Shown: positions 33,901-34,814 of the stretch, piece after piece
Position numbering within the stretch: the first letter of the stretch is position 1
How the letters are laid out: each line of letters begins with the position of its first letter
Assembly (NCBI GenBank): GCA_023254445.1
Contig: JALRLN010000003.1
Coordinates: 1 to 34,814 of the forward strand
Direction: 5' to 3'
Length of the DNA: 34,814 nt
Source: Candidatus Poseidoniaceae archaeon
GTDB taxonomy: Archaea > Thermoplasmatota > Poseidoniia > Poseidoniales > Poseidoniaceae
Position numbers and translations under genes: made by a program
The notes under the pieces: generated by a model
The model's input: only the letters and a program-made list of their open reading frames with translations
The model's database searches: none
Told to the model about the DNA's origin: nothing

Positions 33901-34814
33901 TTGGTCAACCCTTCAACGTCGACGTTCTGCTTGAAAATCGCGGGATGAGTTCGGCCGTAGGCACGCTTGAGGTCACAGAACTTGTCGGCTCGGACCTCCT
34001 GTTGCGTGCCCCGTCGAACCTGAGCGCAGGAAACGCCAGCGGGTCCCGTGCTGTTCAACAGCTCCCTTTGACCGTGAACAGGAGCGGCTGGGTTGACCTT
34101 CAAATCCGTCATGTCGCTGCGGAAGGTCATCCCGAGGCGGATGCGTCGGACAACATCGCGCTGCTCCGGTTTTGGGTCAACACGCCACCGGTCGTCGAGA
34201 GCGTTCGCTGCTTGACCGCTTCCGCCTACCGGGGGGACAGCGTGGTGTGCGAAGTTGAAGCCACCGACGATCTAGGTGTGATGGGGGTCGACCTCGCATG
34301 GTCCATCAGGAACGCCACAGGAGCCTCGACCCCTTGGGTGACGCTCCCGCTCGGAACGGGCGACGGCACCACGTGGTGGACCAGCCTTGTCCTTCCAACC
34401 AATGCCACCATCGCGCCGGTCGGAACCCTGCGCCTTCGAGCGACAGCAGTGGACAAGAGCAACGCATCCACTGAAGTGACGTCCGAAGACGTCCTGCAGG
34501 TGCTCGACGCACCCGGACGCTGGTTCGGCCCGCATGTCGCTGGCGTGGATCCCGCAGGTTGGACGGGGTCGACGGCCCTGTTGGGGACGCCACCAAAGGG
34601 CCTCTCGAGGAGCGAGTCCTCCTTGGTGCAGGCCTGCGTCGACGACGTTGACTACGACGAGGTTGTCGATGCACCGACGCTAGATGTGCGCACGAGGGCG
34701 GACGCTTCAGCCCCCTCGGTGACCATCCAATCGTTTCCCAACGTGACCAGCAGCGGAACGCTGCACTGCAGTTCATGGGAGGTGCGCATCCCGACCGGCT
34801 ATGCCTTGGACGAT
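30984..34814 (+). CDS. Giant secreted surface protein, 3'-truncated by the window edge (at least 1277 aa). The order is: signal peptide, TIGR03790-like domain split by an insertion of PA14, LamG/concanavalin-like and beta-sandwich modules, then CARDB/Ig-like repeats.
   Basis: This gene is not in the ORF track. I translated by hand from ATG 30984 to 34814 and met no stop in 1277 codons.
- Signal peptide: MRQAAATVAILGLLLLSPLPLPGQA.
- PA14-like module, aa 375-520: GLLGEYFDN...WGARFSGLIDVPWSGNWTFYLDSDDGSELWVDG...GMHDLRVEFYQGNGPHGLRMSW.
- LamG-like module, aa 538-735: HHWSFEDGSG...WMHLVTVYDGGEVRQYLDGVLV...FEGMIDEVMVWSSAL.
- TIGR03790-like halves: VLINNNSEESRAI...FLVTRLTGYTLDTALDLIERA, and much later GAIAETAVSTGG...VKGYVYEPYLTAVGRPSVLFDAYASGYGFAEANAMANLQIGWMGVVVGDPKMAPY.
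- About 30 N-x-S/T sequons by hand count. Confidence 0.85.
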   Translation, partial: MRQAAATVAILGLLLLSPLPLPGQASYDHTNGDDAPGLRSLFDGFAASTGEDVWNMTPWSDVAVPDGFDLLSVLDYSDVGVLINNNSEESRAIGWAFVAARNISSDRIFVFNGSDVPTSETINRQAFETHFDGPFRAMLANRSSSTDLNFLVTTKGIPLRISGGNDKASFDQELALIGGSYNGSIGQNWWTTHAYGPLAGQPMERFSRAEHGFFLVTRLTGYTLDTALDLIERANESLGSRGTYVLDLATNRNGSGYKFWNDDLYAANTSLREAHNASVLFDETSTFITNVSDVLGYASWGSNDGSWSQNFLPDYGFEAADASTSSGRRSWEASAATPTASEAFGWVVDNTTTRGGQASMALQMAADCNASSGRNVSGLLGEYFDNAAGVTIPNGGMPELIDRASSYAQVEANLDNSVSYNAYAGLDDRFKVNWGARFSGLIDVPWSGNWTFYLDSDDGSELWVDGVSIVQNHGMHGMRETSGWVNLSEGMHDLRVEFYQGNGPHGLRMSWSTSNLSKSIVPSSALSVASSWVPSVGTLEHHWSFEDGSGSSASDAVGGANLTLYGMNASNWRSCADGGCLWYDGEDDYAEVDVSDWDGDLTVSQWVWANTSTLPDYASVFAVSNNAGANASFQHAAFNGEWRLHNNQTHTFGGIEAQQWMHLVTVYDGGEVRQYLDGVLVNTHQQPAGAINEVERYRLGVNRAGSVHFEGMIDEVMVWSSALDAWEITALHRTVLTSCQPLSTGGTDVARLEQTYAIGPDVRDHAWLGIAYGMSTDEAHGAFSVMYEGLDASGQVLSTNTSSPRSFTSAWATGVYRFRPDANATTLRVTVLIDVGSTSTDGALHIDDVLLRAIRPSMGWLPGAIAETAVSTGGRSFTWGTSYGQSLVADLLEDGVSGVKGYVYEPYLTAVGRPSVLFDAYASGYGFAEANAMANLQIGWMGVVVGDPKMAPYADRLHDAVVVDARVAGNVTVGQPFNVDVLLENRGMSSAVGTLEVTELVGSDLLLRAPSNLSAGNASGSRAVQQLPLTVNRSGWVDLQIRHVAAEGHPEADASDNIALLRFWVNTPPVVESVRCLTASAYRGDSVVCEVEATDDLGVMGVDLAWSIRNATGASTPWVTLPLGTGDGTTWWTSLVLPTNATIAPVGTLRLRATAVDKSNASTEVTSEDVLQVLDAPGRWFGPHVAGVDPAGWTGSTALLGTPPKGLSRSESSLVQACVDDVDYDEVVDAPTLDVRTRADASAPSVTIQSFPNVTSSGTLHCSSWEVRIPTGYALDD

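Noticed and set aside
1-34814. CRISPR arrays, transposases/integrases, prophage or defence-island signatures
   Set aside because: I saw no regularly spaced direct repeats, no inverted terminal repeats, and no recombinase, nuclease or toxin-like ORFs. The composition looks uniform except for the two short AT-rich motif sites. The window looks like core chromosome.

Overview
This is a GC-rich, very tightly packed 34.8-kb chromosomal segment that reads as archaeal. The markers are a Cdc48/VCP double-AAA+ ATPase, a small PRC-barrel protein, pyrB-pyrI, a three-subunit biotin-dependent acyl-CoA carboxylase, a TtuA/NcsA-type PP-loop thiolase, and frequent GGAGGTGA-like ribosome-binding sites. The proteins are not halophile-acidic, and there is a giant surface protein rich in N-glycosylation sequons. 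My guess is a planktonic Thermoplasmatota / Marine-Group-II-like archaeon, but that is inference only. I call 25 protein-coding genes and found no tRNA, rRNA, CRISPR array or mobile element by eye.

Housekeeping and metabolic blocks:
- a methylcrotonyl-CoA-carboxylase-like cluster (carboxyltransferase, crotonase, biotin carboxylase, BCCP)
- pyrBI
- an aldehyde dehydrogenase
- a three-gene succinate dehydrogenase / fumarate reductase operon

The ORF track omits one important gene. An uninterrupted frame from ATG 30984 runs off the right edge (1277 codons) and encodes a secreted multi-domain surface protein.

Most interesting items:
1. A translationally coupled operon at 15324-18985: a Roadblock/LC7-like small protein, a 1027-aa protein with Roadblock-like N-terminal modules plus a long coiled coil, and a 2-TM miniprotein. 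No NTPase is present.
2. A 27-nt AT-rich motif present twice (5361-5387 and 15119-15145) in an otherwise GC-rich window.
3. A DUF4350-DUF58-membrane operon that lacks its usual MoxR ATPase and sits directly downstream of cdc48 and the PRC-barrel gene.
4. Two large convergent membrane/helical-repeat proteins of unknown family.
5. An FKBP-His/Asp-SAP fusion.

All family assignments are by eye and from memory of motifs. None has been checked with an HMM or database search.
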